From assembly GCA_035480855.1 (NCBI GenBank), contig DATIHJ010000008.1:17308-81307 (forward strand): a DNA stretch of 64,000 nt. The letters run 5' to 3'. The DNA is from Patescibacteria group bacterium (GTDB taxonomy: Bacteria; Patescibacteriota; Saccharimonadia; Saccharimonadales; JANWIN01). Made by a program: the position numbers and the translations under genes. Shown one piece after another: positions 1-8,888 of the stretch (position 1 is the stretch's first letter; each line of letters opens with the position of its first letter). The notes beneath the pieces are model-generated. The model worked only from the letters and a program-made list of their open reading frames with translations. It did no database searches and was not told where the DNA came from.

Positions 1-102
1 TTCATATGCTACGTCGAAATCATCTAAGACTTTCGCGGCCTCACACATAACTGCCATATCCGATTCCGATCCCATAATTATGCCAACTAGCGCCTTTGCC
101 AT
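1..102 (-). CDS. purE: N5-carboxyaminoimidazole ribonucleotide mutase PurE, N-terminal fragment (gene runs off window start)
   Basis: Minus-strand ATG at 102; hand translation MAKALVGIIMGSESDMAVMCEAAKVLDDFDVAYE matches the PurE N-terminus (IIMGSxSD motif); directly downstream of purK. Confidence 0.7.
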   Translation of the reverse strand, partial: MAKALVGIIMGSESDMAVMCEAAKVLDDFDVAYE

Positions 103-110
103 AAGTACTC

Positions 111-1253
111 CTATAAATCTATCTTAGCCCGAGCTGATCGGGCATGTCTTCGTGCTGTTTCTAATGTATCAGCAATGGCCGTAATATGTCCCATTTTACG
201 GTCAACTTTTGTTGGAGATTTACCATATAGGTGCGTACTAATACCACGTATGCCAAGAGCTTGGTCTAATCCCGAGACTTTTGTTTTACCATTGCGCTCA
301 CCCAATATGTTTATCATAACGACGGCTGGTACAACCATGTCCGTACTGCCTAGCGGCAAGCCACTAATGGCGCGGATATGCTGTTCAAACTGCGAGGTCC
401 GGCTGGCCTCAATAGTGTAATGGCCAGAATTATGTACTCGCGGCGCAATTTCGTTAACTAGAACCTTGCCATCTTTTGTCAGGAACATTTCAATACCAAA
501 CACACCTGCTCCGCTCAACTTTTTGGCAACATTTTTGGCAAGAGCTGTGGCTCGCTTGACAACTAGTGGACTTACATTTGCTGGGGCTTGGACTTCCACG
601 CAAATATTACGATCATGAATAGTTTCAACCACTGGGTAGGCAATAACGTTGTTCTTCATATCTCGAGCTACCATTACGGCTAATTCCTTAACAAAAGGAA
701 CATAGGCTTCGGCGTAAAGCTCTTTACCAGCAAAAAAGGCTAAAGCATTTGTAACTTCTTTTGGACTTGTTACTAACATATTGCCACGGCCGTCATAAGC
801 TCCGTGGCGAGTTTTAATAAACATTTTGCCACCAAACTTATTAAGGATTTTTTGGGCACTTTTCTCGTCTTTAATTTCCTTGAATGGTGAAACAGAAATG
901 CCTGACTTCTTCAAAAAATTCTTTTGTTTCAGTTTGTCCTGGATTAGCTGAATGGTATTAGGGGAGGGGTTCACTGGCTTGCCCAGCTTAGATATAGCTT
1001 CTAGTGCAGTGGCATTTAAATGCTCGATCTCTATAGTTATATAATCTGCTCGACTAGCCAGTTTTTTTAGGGCAGCGCTATCATATAAGTCCGCCACAAT
1101 TTCCTCTGCGCCAACCTGTGCAGCTGGACTATTTGAAGAGGGATTCACCACTATCACTTCAAAACCAAGCGGTTTGGCGGCTAGCGTGAGCATACGTCCC
1201 AATTGCCCACCACCAACGATGCCAATGGTTCCCGCGCCTTGCATTGCATACAT
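111..1253 (-). CDS. purK: N5-carboxyaminoimidazole ribonucleotide synthase PurK (ATP-grasp)
   Basis: 380-aa ORF; N-terminal GIVGGGQLGRM nucleotide-binding motif and ATP-grasp architecture typical of PurK; purine gene neighbourhood. Confidence 0.85.
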   Translation of the reverse strand: MYAMQGAGTIGIVGGGQLGRMLTLAAKPLGFEVIVVNPSSNSPAAQVGAEEIVADLYDSAALKKLASRADYITIEIEHLNATALEAISKLGKPVNPSPNTIQLIQDKLKQKNFLKKSGISVSPFKEIKDEKSAQKILNKFGGKMFIKTRHGAYDGRGNMLVTSPKEVTNALAFFAGKELYAEAYVPFVKELAVMVARDMKNNVIAYPVVETIHDRNICVEVQAPANVSPLVVKRATALAKNVAKKLSGAGVFGIEMFLTKDGKVLVNEIAPRVHNSGHYTIEASRTSQFEQHIRAISGLPLGSTDMVVPAVVMINILGERNGKTKVSGLDQALGIRGISTHLYGKSPTKVDRKMGHITAIADTLETARRHARSARAKIDL

Positions 1254-1300
1254 AGTATCTTATTTTGTGATTCATTACCTGGCTATTACACTATAGCCAT

Positions 1301-2254
1301 ATGGGAACGCAGACAATTAACAAGACAAATTTTCATTTTCCTGGTCAAACTGGGTTTGCTAAGGGTAGCGTACGCGATATTTATACTATAAACGATAAAT
1401 ACTTAGCCATGGTCGTAACTGATAGAATTTCAGCCTTTGACGTACTTTTGCCAGTTGCAATTCCAAACAAAGGACAGGTACTGTCGCAGCTAGCCACCTA
1501 CTTTTTAGATGCCACTAAAGATATTATTCCTAATTGGCTTATTAGCTCACCCGATCCCAACGTAGTTCTGGGCTATAAATGCCAGCCTTATAAAATTGAA
1601 GTAGTTATTCGTGGATATTTATGTGGTCATGCCTGGCGCGAATATAAGAGTGGTAAGCGTGAACTTTGTGGAGTAAAAATGTCTGAAGGCCTCAAAGAAA
1701 ATGATAAATTTCCAGAGCCCATTATTACTCCGGCTACCCATGCTGAGCAGGGGCATGACGAAGATATTTCAGCTAAAGATATTGTTAAACGCGGGTTAAT
1801 ACCAGCTGACGATTGGGTCAAGATTGAAAAATACACTCGCAAGCTCTATCAGCGAGGAAGTAAAATGGCAGCCAAACGAGGTCTGATACTGGTAGATACA
1901 AAATATGAGTTTGGTAGAAAAAATAGCCGACTTGTACTCATGGATGAGATTCATACCCCAGATTCTTCACGCTACTTTTATGAAGAAGGATATGTAGACA
2001 AGCAAAAGCGAGGTGAACCGCAGCACCAATTGTCCAAAGAGTTTGTACGCGAATGGCTAATAGAACACGATTTCCAGGGACTAAAGGGCCAAACCATGCC
2101 AGCAATCCCAGCAACTTTTGTCCAAGAAATATCAGAGCGCTACATAGAACTTTATGAGCAGTTAACTGGTAAGAAACTCAAAAAACCTTTACCGAGCGAA
2201 AATATACTAGAGCGAATAGAGTTAAATCTTAATACAGCGCTATCAAGGCTATAA
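1301..2254 (+). CDS. purC: SAICAR synthetase PurC
   Basis: GSVRDIY and DRISAFD motifs characteristic of PurC; 317 aa. Confidence 0.85.
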   Translation: MGTQTINKTNFHFPGQTGFAKGSVRDIYTINDKYLAMVVTDRISAFDVLLPVAIPNKGQVLSQLATYFLDATKDIIPNWLISSPDPNVVLGYKCQPYKIEVVIRGYLCGHAWREYKSGKRELCGVKMSEGLKENDKFPEPIITPATHAEQGHDEDISAKDIVKRGLIPADDWVKIEKYTRKLYQRGSKMAAKRGLILVDTKYEFGRKNSRLVLMDEIHTPDSSRYFYEEGYVDKQKRGEPQHQLSKEFVREWLIEHDFQGLKGQTMPAIPATFVQEISERYIELYEQLTGKKLKKPLPSENILERIELNLNTALSRL

Positions 2255-3657
2255 TGGCAGGCAAATTAAAACCATTTACATTACCAGAGCCGGCTAAAGA
2301 TCAAAATTTTAGTAGTATTGATCCGCTAGATAGTCGTTACTACGACATTGAAATTTCACGCTACTTATCTGAGCAAAGTCGCATTTCCTACCAAGCATAT
2401 ATGGAAGCTGCATTAGCTCACGCGCTAGCCGACTATGGAATTTGCAGCCGTAAGATTGCAAATGAAATTGAAGCATCCGCACGAAAAGTTACAGCCCAAG
2501 AGGTTTACAAAGAAGAGCAGAAGACAAAACACGACATAAAAGCGCTTGTTAATTGCATCAAAAAGTACGTAAGTAAACAGGCACAACCATATGTACATTT
2601 TGGAGCGACTTCATACGACATTGTAGCTAGCGCCCAAGTGCTACAAATGCGAAGTGCAATTAATGAACTAGTAGTTCCAAGACTTAAAAATCTTAATGAC
2701 GTATTAATTGAGCTGACTGAACGCTATGCAGGGGCTACACAAATAGGACGCACACATGGCCAGCATGCTCTACCCATAACCTTTGGGTTCGCAGTGGCAG
2801 AATATGTGCAGCGTATAGGTGAGTGCACTCAGGCAATAGAAGCTTTAACGAGCGAATTGCCAGGTAAATTTTCTGGGGCCGTTGGAGCCTATAACGCACT
2901 TAGTACATTTATTGACAAGCCTCTTGAATTTGAAAAAACGGTCCTGGATTACGTTGGAATAATGCCATCAAGTTACTCCACACAAATTTTGCCACCAGAG
3001 TACATGGTTCGCTTAATCGACGAACAAGTTATTGCCGCTGGAATTATGGCCAACCTTGCCCATGATATGAGGCATTTACAGCGCAGTGAAATTGGCGAGG
3101 TACGTGAAAGGTTTGAAACTGGACAGACCGGGTCATCAACTATGGCACACAAGCGTAACCCGTGGAATTTTGAAAATATTGTCAGTATGAGTAAGCAAAT
3201 TATTGCCCAGGGCGTTAACGCCAACTTAAATCTTAGTAGCGAACACCAGCGCGACTTAACAGATTCCGCGTCATCTCGCTTTTATAGTGTAGTAATCGCA
3301 GGCATAGCTTCTATGGCAACTAGGCTTTGTAATGTTATGAGCAAACTAGAAGTGGACGAGGAAGCCATGCAACGAAACCTGAATATGAGCGGAGGCGCAA
3401 TTGCTGCCGAGCCTCTATATTTATTACTAGCTAAATACGGTCACACATCGGCCCATGAAAAATCTAAAGCCCTAGCTCATAAATCTTTAGACTCCGGCAA
3501 GACACTAGTTGAGACTATAGCTGCCGATAAAGAAGCATCTGCTTACTGGCAAAAATTTACCAAAAAGCAACAACAGATCATTGAGTACCCTGAAAAGTAC
3601 TACACGGGTCTAGCAGCCAAAAAAGCTCGAACGGTAGCCAAACGCTGGCACATATAA
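2254..3657 (+). CDS. purB: adenylosuccinate lyase PurB
   Basis: Fumarate-lyase superfamily signature GSSTMAHKRNP; 467 aa; ATG overlaps the purC stop. Confidence 0.85.
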   Translation: MAGKLKPFTLPEPAKDQNFSSIDPLDSRYYDIEISRYLSEQSRISYQAYMEAALAHALADYGICSRKIANEIEASARKVTAQEVYKEEQKTKHDIKALVNCIKKYVSKQAQPYVHFGATSYDIVASAQVLQMRSAINELVVPRLKNLNDVLIELTERYAGATQIGRTHGQHALPITFGFAVAEYVQRIGECTQAIEALTSELPGKFSGAVGAYNALSTFIDKPLEFEKTVLDYVGIMPSSYSTQILPPEYMVRLIDEQVIAAGIMANLAHDMRHLQRSEIGEVRERFETGQTGSSTMAHKRNPWNFENIVSMSKQIIAQGVNANLNLSSEHQRDLTDSASSRFYSVVIAGIASMATRLCNVMSKLEVDEEAMQRNLNMSGGAIAAEPLYLLLAKYGHTSAHEKSKALAHKSLDSGKTLVETIAADKEASAYWQKFTKKQQQIIEYPEKYYTGLAAKKARTVAKRWHI

Positions 3658-3720
3658 CGCTGTAAACTTCTGTTTTATTTGGCTCGATATTGCCTAGAGA
3701 GCTATACTTGAACGATATAG

Positions 3721-4785
3721 ATTAAGTTCCTAGCGAGCTCGGGAGACGAGGGTCATATTACGAAAAGCTCAGCATTCAAGATAGCTACTCTCGGCAGTCA
3801 TTCTGCACTGCAAATCCTTAAGGGTGCTCACGACGAAGGTTTTAAAAACTTAGTAATTTGTGAAAAAGGTAGGGCACAAGCGTACCGTGCCTTCCAGGTC
3901 GCAGACCAAATTATCGAGCTTGAATCCTACGATGAACTAGGCGGACTTGAAAAGCAGTTGCTTAAAGATAATGTGATCTTAGTACCGCATGGATCATTCT
4001 TCCGGGCATACGGATTACCTGCCCTCAATGCTTCCAGGGTCCACTACTTTGGCAATAAACACATATTGCCATGGGAAGAGGACCGGTCTAAACAACGGGA
4101 GTGGCTAAAACAAGCTGGCCTTACATTGCCTAAAATTTACAAGCGTCCACAAGATATTAACGGACCTGTAATAATTAAATTTCATGGAGCAGGAGGAGGC
4201 AAAGGTTTCTTTTTGGCACGTAGCCCGAGCGAATTTAAACGCAAAATTGCCGAACACAAAGGCAAGCCCTACATTATTCAGCAATATATTGTTGGCGCGC
4301 CGCTATATATCCATTACTTTTATTCGCCACTCACTAAAGAACTTGAAGTAATGAGCATGGATAAACGCTACGAAACCAACGTAGATTCTATTGGACGGAT
4401 TGCCGCTAAAGACCAGATGGATCTAAATATTGAAAGTTCATATAACATTATGGGCAATCTACCAGTAGTTGCCCGTGAATCCCTACTGCCAGAAATATTT
4501 GCAATGGGAGAACAAGTAGTTGAAGCCTCACGTAAGCTAACTCCTAACGGCTTATTTGGTCCGTTTTGCTTAGAAACTATCGTAACTCCAGAACTTGAGT
4601 TTTTTGTCTTTGAAATTTCAGCCCGCATTGTAGCCGGCACCAATCCATATGTTAACGGTTCGCCCTATACCGATCTTCGCTACAAGGAACCTATGAGTAC
4701 AGGTCGCCGGGTAGCCCGCGAAGTCAAGCTTGCCATTGCTGGAGGCAAACTAGAAAAGGTGCTCTCTAATGGTTACTCCAACTGA
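3721..4785 (+). CDS. purP: 5-formaminoimidazole-4-carboxamide ribonucleotide synthetase PurP (archaeal-type, ATP-grasp), copy 1; start codon uncertain
   Basis: Reading frame is open from the stop at 3718-3720. The conserved PurP N-terminus IATLGSHSALQILKGAHDEGF is encoded at 3781-3840, upstream of the first canonical start (TTG at 3958) used by the ORF track. There is no in-frame ATG, GTG or TTG between 3721 and 3957, but ATT codons at 3721 and 3757 could start it (GAGGG lies 5 nt before 3757). The C-terminal part matches PurP (GPFCLE..., MSTGRRVAREVK). Confidence 0.6.
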   Translation: MKFLASSGDEGHITKSSAFKIATLGSHSALQILKGAHDEGFKNLVICEKGRAQAYRAFQVADQIIELESYDELGGLEKQLLKDNVILVPHGSFFRAYGLPALNASRVHYFGNKHILPWEEDRSKQREWLKQAGLTLPKIYKRPQDINGPVIIKFHGAGGGKGFFLARSPSEFKRKIAEHKGKPYIIQQYIVGAPLYIHYFYSPLTKELEVMSMDKRYETNVDSIGRIAAKDQMDLNIESSYNIMGNLPVVARESLLPEIFAMGEQVVEASRKLTPNGLFGPFCLETIVTPELEFFVFEISARIVAGTNPYVNGSPYTDLRYKEPMSTGRRVAREVKLAIAGGKLEKVLSNGYSN

Positions 4786-5896
4786 AGTTGCAAAAATCGC
4801 GGCCAAATATAAGCAATCAGAAATCCGAATTGGCTGTATAGGTGGGCACAGTGCGCTGGACATTTGCCGGGGCGCTAAGACTGAAGGATTTGAAACGGTG
4901 GTAGTTGCCCAGCGCGGGCGCGATAAAACCTACAGCCAATATTACAAAACTCGTGGCAATAAAGGCTGTGTTGATCACGTAATACTAGTCGATAAGTTTT
5001 CAGATATCACTAGTTCCAAAGTCCAGCAGCAGCTGCGGGATCTCAATGTAATCATGGTTCATAGCCGTTATTTTTGGGTCTATTGCAACTATTCTGAGAT
5101 AGAGAACGACTTCATGGTGCCTATTTTTGGCAATCGCCGGCTAGTTCGTAAAGAGGAGCGCGACGAAACCAAAAACCAATACTTTTTACTAGAACAAGCA
5201 GGTATAAAAATTCCCAAGCAGTTTGCCAAACCCCAAGATATTGACTGTCTTGTAATTGTTAAGGCCAATGAGGCCGCAAGGGGATATGAACGAGCATTCT
5301 TTTTGGTGAGCAGCTACAGCGAATACGAGCTAACTGCAAAGAAACTAATATCAAAAGGTACAGTTACCAAGGGTTCTCTTAAAAAAGCTGTAATTGAAGA
5401 ATTTGTGGTTGGCCCGCAACTAAATTTAAACTTTTTCTACTCTCCACTAGACGGGCAAGTGGAGCTGCTTGGTACCGACATGCGCCGCCAAACCAACATT
5501 GATGGTTTGCTTAGACTAACTGCACCAGAACAAACAGAAGTACTTAAACGCATAGAACCCAAGTACATAGAAAACGGACATGTAGCAATTACCATCAAAG
5601 AGTCACTTATAGAAAAGGCTTATGATGCAGGGGAGAAGTTTGTTAAAGCAGCGGGCAAACATTACCCGCCAGGCATGATTGGCCCATTTGCTCTGCAAGG
5701 TGCTGTCACGGCAGGGCCGCCAGTAGAAGAACTAGTAATATTTGATGTCAGCATGCGTATGCCTGGAAGTCCAGGAACCATGTTTACGCCATACACCGGA
5801 TATTTATATGGTCAAAATATGAGTGTTGGACAACGCGTAGCAAAAGAGATAAAAACCGCAATCCAGCAGAAAAAACTCGCAACCGTTATTACTTAA
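4769..5896 (+). CDS. purP: PurP paralogue, copy 2 (FAICAR synthetase family)
   Basis: N-terminus IGCIGGHSALDICRGAKTEGF, then FGNRRL, MIGPFALQ and SVGQRVAKEIK, collinear with archaeal PurP; start overlaps the end of copy 1. Confidence 0.7.
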   Translation: MVTPTEVAKIAAKYKQSEIRIGCIGGHSALDICRGAKTEGFETVVVAQRGRDKTYSQYYKTRGNKGCVDHVILVDKFSDITSSKVQQQLRDLNVIMVHSRYFWVYCNYSEIENDFMVPIFGNRRLVRKEERDETKNQYFLLEQAGIKIPKQFAKPQDIDCLVIVKANEAARGYERAFFLVSSYSEYELTAKKLISKGTVTKGSLKKAVIEEFVVGPQLNLNFFYSPLDGQVELLGTDMRRQTNIDGLLRLTAPEQTEVLKRIEPKYIENGHVAITIKESLIEKAYDAGEKFVKAAGKHYPPGMIGPFALQGAVTAGPPVEELVIFDVSMRMPGSPGTMFTPYTGYLYGQNMSVGQRVAKEIKTAIQQKKLATVIT

Positions 5897-5910
5897 TTAC
5901 TAATCTTCGA
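5896..5910. repeat. 15-bp direct repeat ATTACTAATCTTCGA, left copy (overlaps purP2 stop)
   Basis: Exact 15-mer recurs at 6512-6526; both copies are followed by TG and a GAAATAG/AAAATAG-like stretch. Confidence 0.8.
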
Positions 5911-5927
5911 TGTGATCAATGAAATAG

Positions 5928-5978
5928 TTGACATAATCATTATGTAGACGTACAATTAAAACGTATTACTAAAACGTA
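5928..5978 (+). promoter_or_regulatory. putative sigma70-type promoter and operator repeats for the toxin-antitoxin operon
   Basis: TTGACA (5928-5933), 17 nt, TACAAT (5951-5956); direct repeats TAAAACGTA at 5957-5965 and 5970-5978; GGAG Shine-Dalgarno 8 nt before the ATG at 5993. Confidence 0.4.
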
Positions 5979-5992
5979 CTGGAGCCATATTA

Positions 5993-6235
5993 ATGAGTAC
6001 TAAAACTGTTTCTGCGTCTGATCTTAGAAGCAATCTTGCTGATGCCCTTGATTCTGTCAACGAGGATGACATTCTTATTGTCACTCGAAGAGGAAAAAAA
6101 GAGCGAGCTATTATAGATCTCGATAAACTAGAAGATCTCTTGGCTGCTAATGACCCAGATTACCTGGCTGCTATTAGAGACGCACGTGAGAGTAAGGAAT
6201 ACTTAAGTCACGACGAGGTATTTGGAGATATATAA
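5993..6235 (+). CDS. Phd/YefM-family antitoxin
   Basis: 80-aa protein with Phd/YefM-like N-terminus (LRSNLADALDSV...ILIVTRRGK); stop overlaps the toxin start. Confidence 0.7.
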   Translation: MSTKTVSASDLRSNLADALDSVNEDDILIVTRRGKKERAIIDLDKLEDLLAANDPDYLAAIRDARESKEYLSHDEVFGDI

Positions 6236-6499
6236 ATGTCTTCATATACCCTGATATATAAGAAGCCGGCCGCAAAGGCAATACAAAAACTCTCACCTCA
6301 AATAAGAAAGCGTCTTAAATCAAAACTAGAGTGGTTTATCTCTCAAGATGATCCCATTTCCTTTGCAGAGGCTCTGACTAAGCCTGCTGACGCTCAATAT
6401 AGATATAGGATCGGAACTTACAGAGTATTATTTGATGTTGAAGGCAAAAACATAGTAGTACTTTTAGTACGACATAGACGAGAAGTTTACAAAAGATAG
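6236..6499 (+). CDS. RelE/ParE-family toxin
   Basis: 87-aa basic protein; C-terminal YRYRIGTYRVLFDVEGKNIVVLLVRHRREVY is typical of RelE/StbE/ParE toxins; translationally coupled to the antitoxin. Confidence 0.7.
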   Translation: MSSYTLIYKKPAAKAIQKLSPQIRKRLKSKLEWFISQDDPISFAEALTKPADAQYRYRIGTYRVLFDVEGKNIVVLLVRHRREVYKR

Positions 6500-6511
6500 C
6501 TACGAAATAAT

Positions 6512-6526
6512 ATTACTAATCTTCGA
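6512..6526. repeat. 15-bp direct repeat ATTACTAATCTTCGA, right copy (overlaps stop of the HD-domain gene)
   Basis: Exact copy of 5896-5910. Confidence 0.8.
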
Positions 6527-7130
6527 GATGAAAATAGTCTAAGTTTTTCTGCATAAGCTCAACTAGCTGGTTGTAATAATCAAGTATGGCTGCTGATTGA
6601 GCCACCGATTCTATTTTCACCTCGTGGTGCATAGCAAATGTTATCTTGTGCTTTTGCCAGGTGTAGCCCTCCCCCATAAATATAACTAGCGGCGGCATAA
6701 TTTTATCTAAGGCAAAGACAAATTTACTTTCTTTGCTGTTAAGTTTTTCATAATCTTCTATAGCCTGCACCATATCCGGAAAATCTTGCCATTCCTTAGT
6801 AATTTGCCCCAAAGCTTTAGCCTCCCTAGCGGTTTTAGAGTCCAGTACAGCCTTATCTGCAAATGCATAAGTGTCACCAGCATAAATTTCTACTAGGTCA
6901 TGTACGAGTGCTAGCTTAATGCATTTGTCGGTATCAATATCATCAAAGTACTGTGCTAAAAACCAAGCAGTCATAGCCAGCGTAAATGTATGTTCTGTAT
7001 CTGTTTCGTATCGGGGATTTTTACCAGGCAAATAGACTATTCGTTCTATTGCATGGAACTTGTGTAAAAAGTGCTGTAGATCAAATAACCGCTGCAAGTC
7101 TGGCTTGGGTTTGTGAGGATGCTTACTCAT
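6516..7130 (-). CDS. HD-domain phosphohydrolase (YfbR-like 5'-deoxynucleotidase family)
   Basis: HD motif (LVHDLVE) with upstream metal-binding H (TEHTF); about 200 aa, typical of HD_3/YfbR proteins. Confidence 0.65.
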   Translation of the reverse strand: MSKHPHKPKPDLQRLFDLQHFLHKFHAIERIVYLPGKNPRYETDTEHTFTLAMTAWFLAQYFDDIDTDKCIKLALVHDLVEIYAGDTYAFADKAVLDSKTAREAKALGQITKEWQDFPDMVQAIEDYEKLNSKESKFVFALDKIMPPLVIFMGEGYTWQKHKITFAMHHEVKIESVAQSAAILDYYNQLVELMQKNLDYFHLED

Positions 7131-7139
7131 GACCTAAAT

Positions 7140-7361
7140 CTAATTGCGGCCCCAATGGATACGGCTCCAAATGCGCTCATGCCAGTAATAAATTATAGTG
7201 GCAAGCACCGCGTTCCAGCCAGTTATCACAAAGGCGTCGCCGGTTTTGTGAGTTACAGCTAAAGTTACAGCAAATACAACGACCATAATGATAACGCGGT
7301 AAGTTATGGTTTTTACTAAAGATCGTTTCCAATGATCGTGATGTATTTTTTTCATTCCCAC
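7140..7361 (-). CDS. small membrane protein (DUF2061-like)
   Basis: 73 aa with two hydrophobic helices; overlaps the guaA start by a few nucleotides. Confidence 0.4.
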   Translation of the reverse strand: MGMKKIHHDHWKRSLVKTITYRVIIMVVVFAVTLAVTHKTGDAFVITGWNAVLATIIYYWHERIWSRIHWGRN

Positions 7362-8869
7362 TCCATAGTTGCTGGCGGCTTAGTGGTTATATCATATACC
7401 ACGCGGGATATACCTGGCACCTCATTTACTATGCGGGTAGATAGTTTTGCTAGGACTTTGTATGGAACTTGTGCCCAATCCGCACTCATCCGATCTTTAG
7501 TAGTTACAATGCGAATGGCTACAACTTCGCCATAAAAACGCCCATCACCTTTAACGGCAGTGCTACTAGCTCCGGTCATAATTGACCAGCATTGAAATAT
7601 GCGATCATACCAGCCAGATTTTTTCATTTCTTCTACAACTATATTATCGGCTTGAACTTGTCTCGCTAACCTTTGCTTGGTGACTTCACCCATAATACGC
7701 ACGGCATGTCCTGGACCTGGGAACGGTTGCTGGAAAACCATATCTTTTGGCATACCAGCTTTTACGCCAATCTTGCGCACCTGGTCGGTATAGTAGTAGC
7801 GAAGCGGCTCAAGTAGCTGGAGCTTCATGTTCTTTGGTAGACCACCAACATTATGATGGCTTTTTATATGAGCTGACCTTTTAGTGCCCTGCGAATGGAT
7901 AAAATCGGCATAGGTTGTACCTTGCAATAAAAACGTAATGGATGGGTCCTTTGCCATTTCGCGCTCAAATAGCTTTATGTAGAGGTTACCTATTGTTTTA
8001 CGTTTAGTTTCGGGATCGGTAATACCCTTTAGGGTAGTCAAGAATTCTTGACGGGCATTTATAACCTTTACCCTAACTCCGAGCACTTTTGGAAAATCGT
8101 GTTTGATGCGACCTAGAGTTTCTTCGCGCATAAGTCCACTGTCTATATAGATAGGTAAAAACTGCTTTCCAATAGCTCGGGCGGTTAATGTCCCAGCAAC
8201 AGCAGAATCAGTCCCGCCTGAAAAAGCACCAATAACTTTGCGATTACCGACTTTCTCTTTTATCTCATTGATTATTTTGTCTATGTCAATTTTTTCAGTT
8301 TTAACCGGCAGATTACAAACCCGTGTAGCAAAGTTTTTGAGCATTTGCGACCCCTGTTTGGTATGAGATGCCTCTGGGTGAAACTGAACTCCGTAAAAAT
8401 GCCTAGAAGCGTCGCCAACGGCAGCGAACACTACATCTTCAGTACTGCCGAAAATCTTAAAACCTTTTGGTATTTTTGTAACAGTAGTTCCATGGGATTC
8501 AAATACCTGACTAGTTGTCGGTAGCCCATAGAAAAAGTTAGCAAAATCGGAAATTGTCAGCTGGGCTGGACCGTATTCTTTCTGGCCAGGTGTAACCTTG
8601 CCACCAAGTAGTTGTGCCATTAGCTGCCAGCCATAGCAAATGCCTAAAATCGGAATACCCAGCTTAAAGATTTTGGCATCAATGCTTGGTGCGCCCTTTT
8701 CGTAAACTGAAGCTGGTCCACCAGATAGGATTAGTCCATCTGGGTTATGAAGTTTAATGCCCTCTTGTGCATCGTCTGGGTCAATGATTACTGAATCTAT
8801 GCCAACATCTTTGAGGCGACGAGAAATAAGGTGTGTCATTTGCGAACCAAAGTCGATAATAACCAGCAT
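7352..8869 (-). CDS. guaA: GMP synthase (glutamine-hydrolysing) GuaA
   Basis: N-terminal class I glutamine amidotransferase (GICYGWQ), SGGxDS ATP-pyrophosphatase loop (AFSGGTDSAV) and C-terminal GMP synthase dimerisation domain. Confidence 0.9.
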   Translation of the reverse strand: MLVIIDFGSQMTHLISRRLKDVGIDSVIIDPDDAQEGIKLHNPDGLILSGGPASVYEKGAPSIDAKIFKLGIPILGICYGWQLMAQLLGGKVTPGQKEYGPAQLTISDFANFFYGLPTTSQVFESHGTTVTKIPKGFKIFGSTEDVVFAAVGDASRHFYGVQFHPEASHTKQGSQMLKNFATRVCNLPVKTEKIDIDKIINEIKEKVGNRKVIGAFSGGTDSAVAGTLTARAIGKQFLPIYIDSGLMREETLGRIKHDFPKVLGVRVKVINARQEFLTTLKGITDPETKRKTIGNLYIKLFEREMAKDPSITFLLQGTTYADFIHSQGTKRSAHIKSHHNVGGLPKNMKLQLLEPLRYYYTDQVRKIGVKAGMPKDMVFQQPFPGPGHAVRIMGEVTKQRLARQVQADNIVVEEMKKSGWYDRIFQCWSIMTGASSTAVKGDGRFYGEVVAIRIVTTKDRMSADWAQVPYKVLAKLSTRIVNEVPGISRVVYDITTKPPATMEWE

Positions 8870-8888
8870 GTTGGTATCATTATAAGGT

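Noticed and set aside
3709-3720. Stop-codon reassignment, for example UGA as a sense codon, to rescue the purP1 start
   Set aside because: Many genes in the window terminate naturally at TGA, for example 28991, as well as at TAA and TAG, with full-length conserved products. The standard code fits everywhere else.
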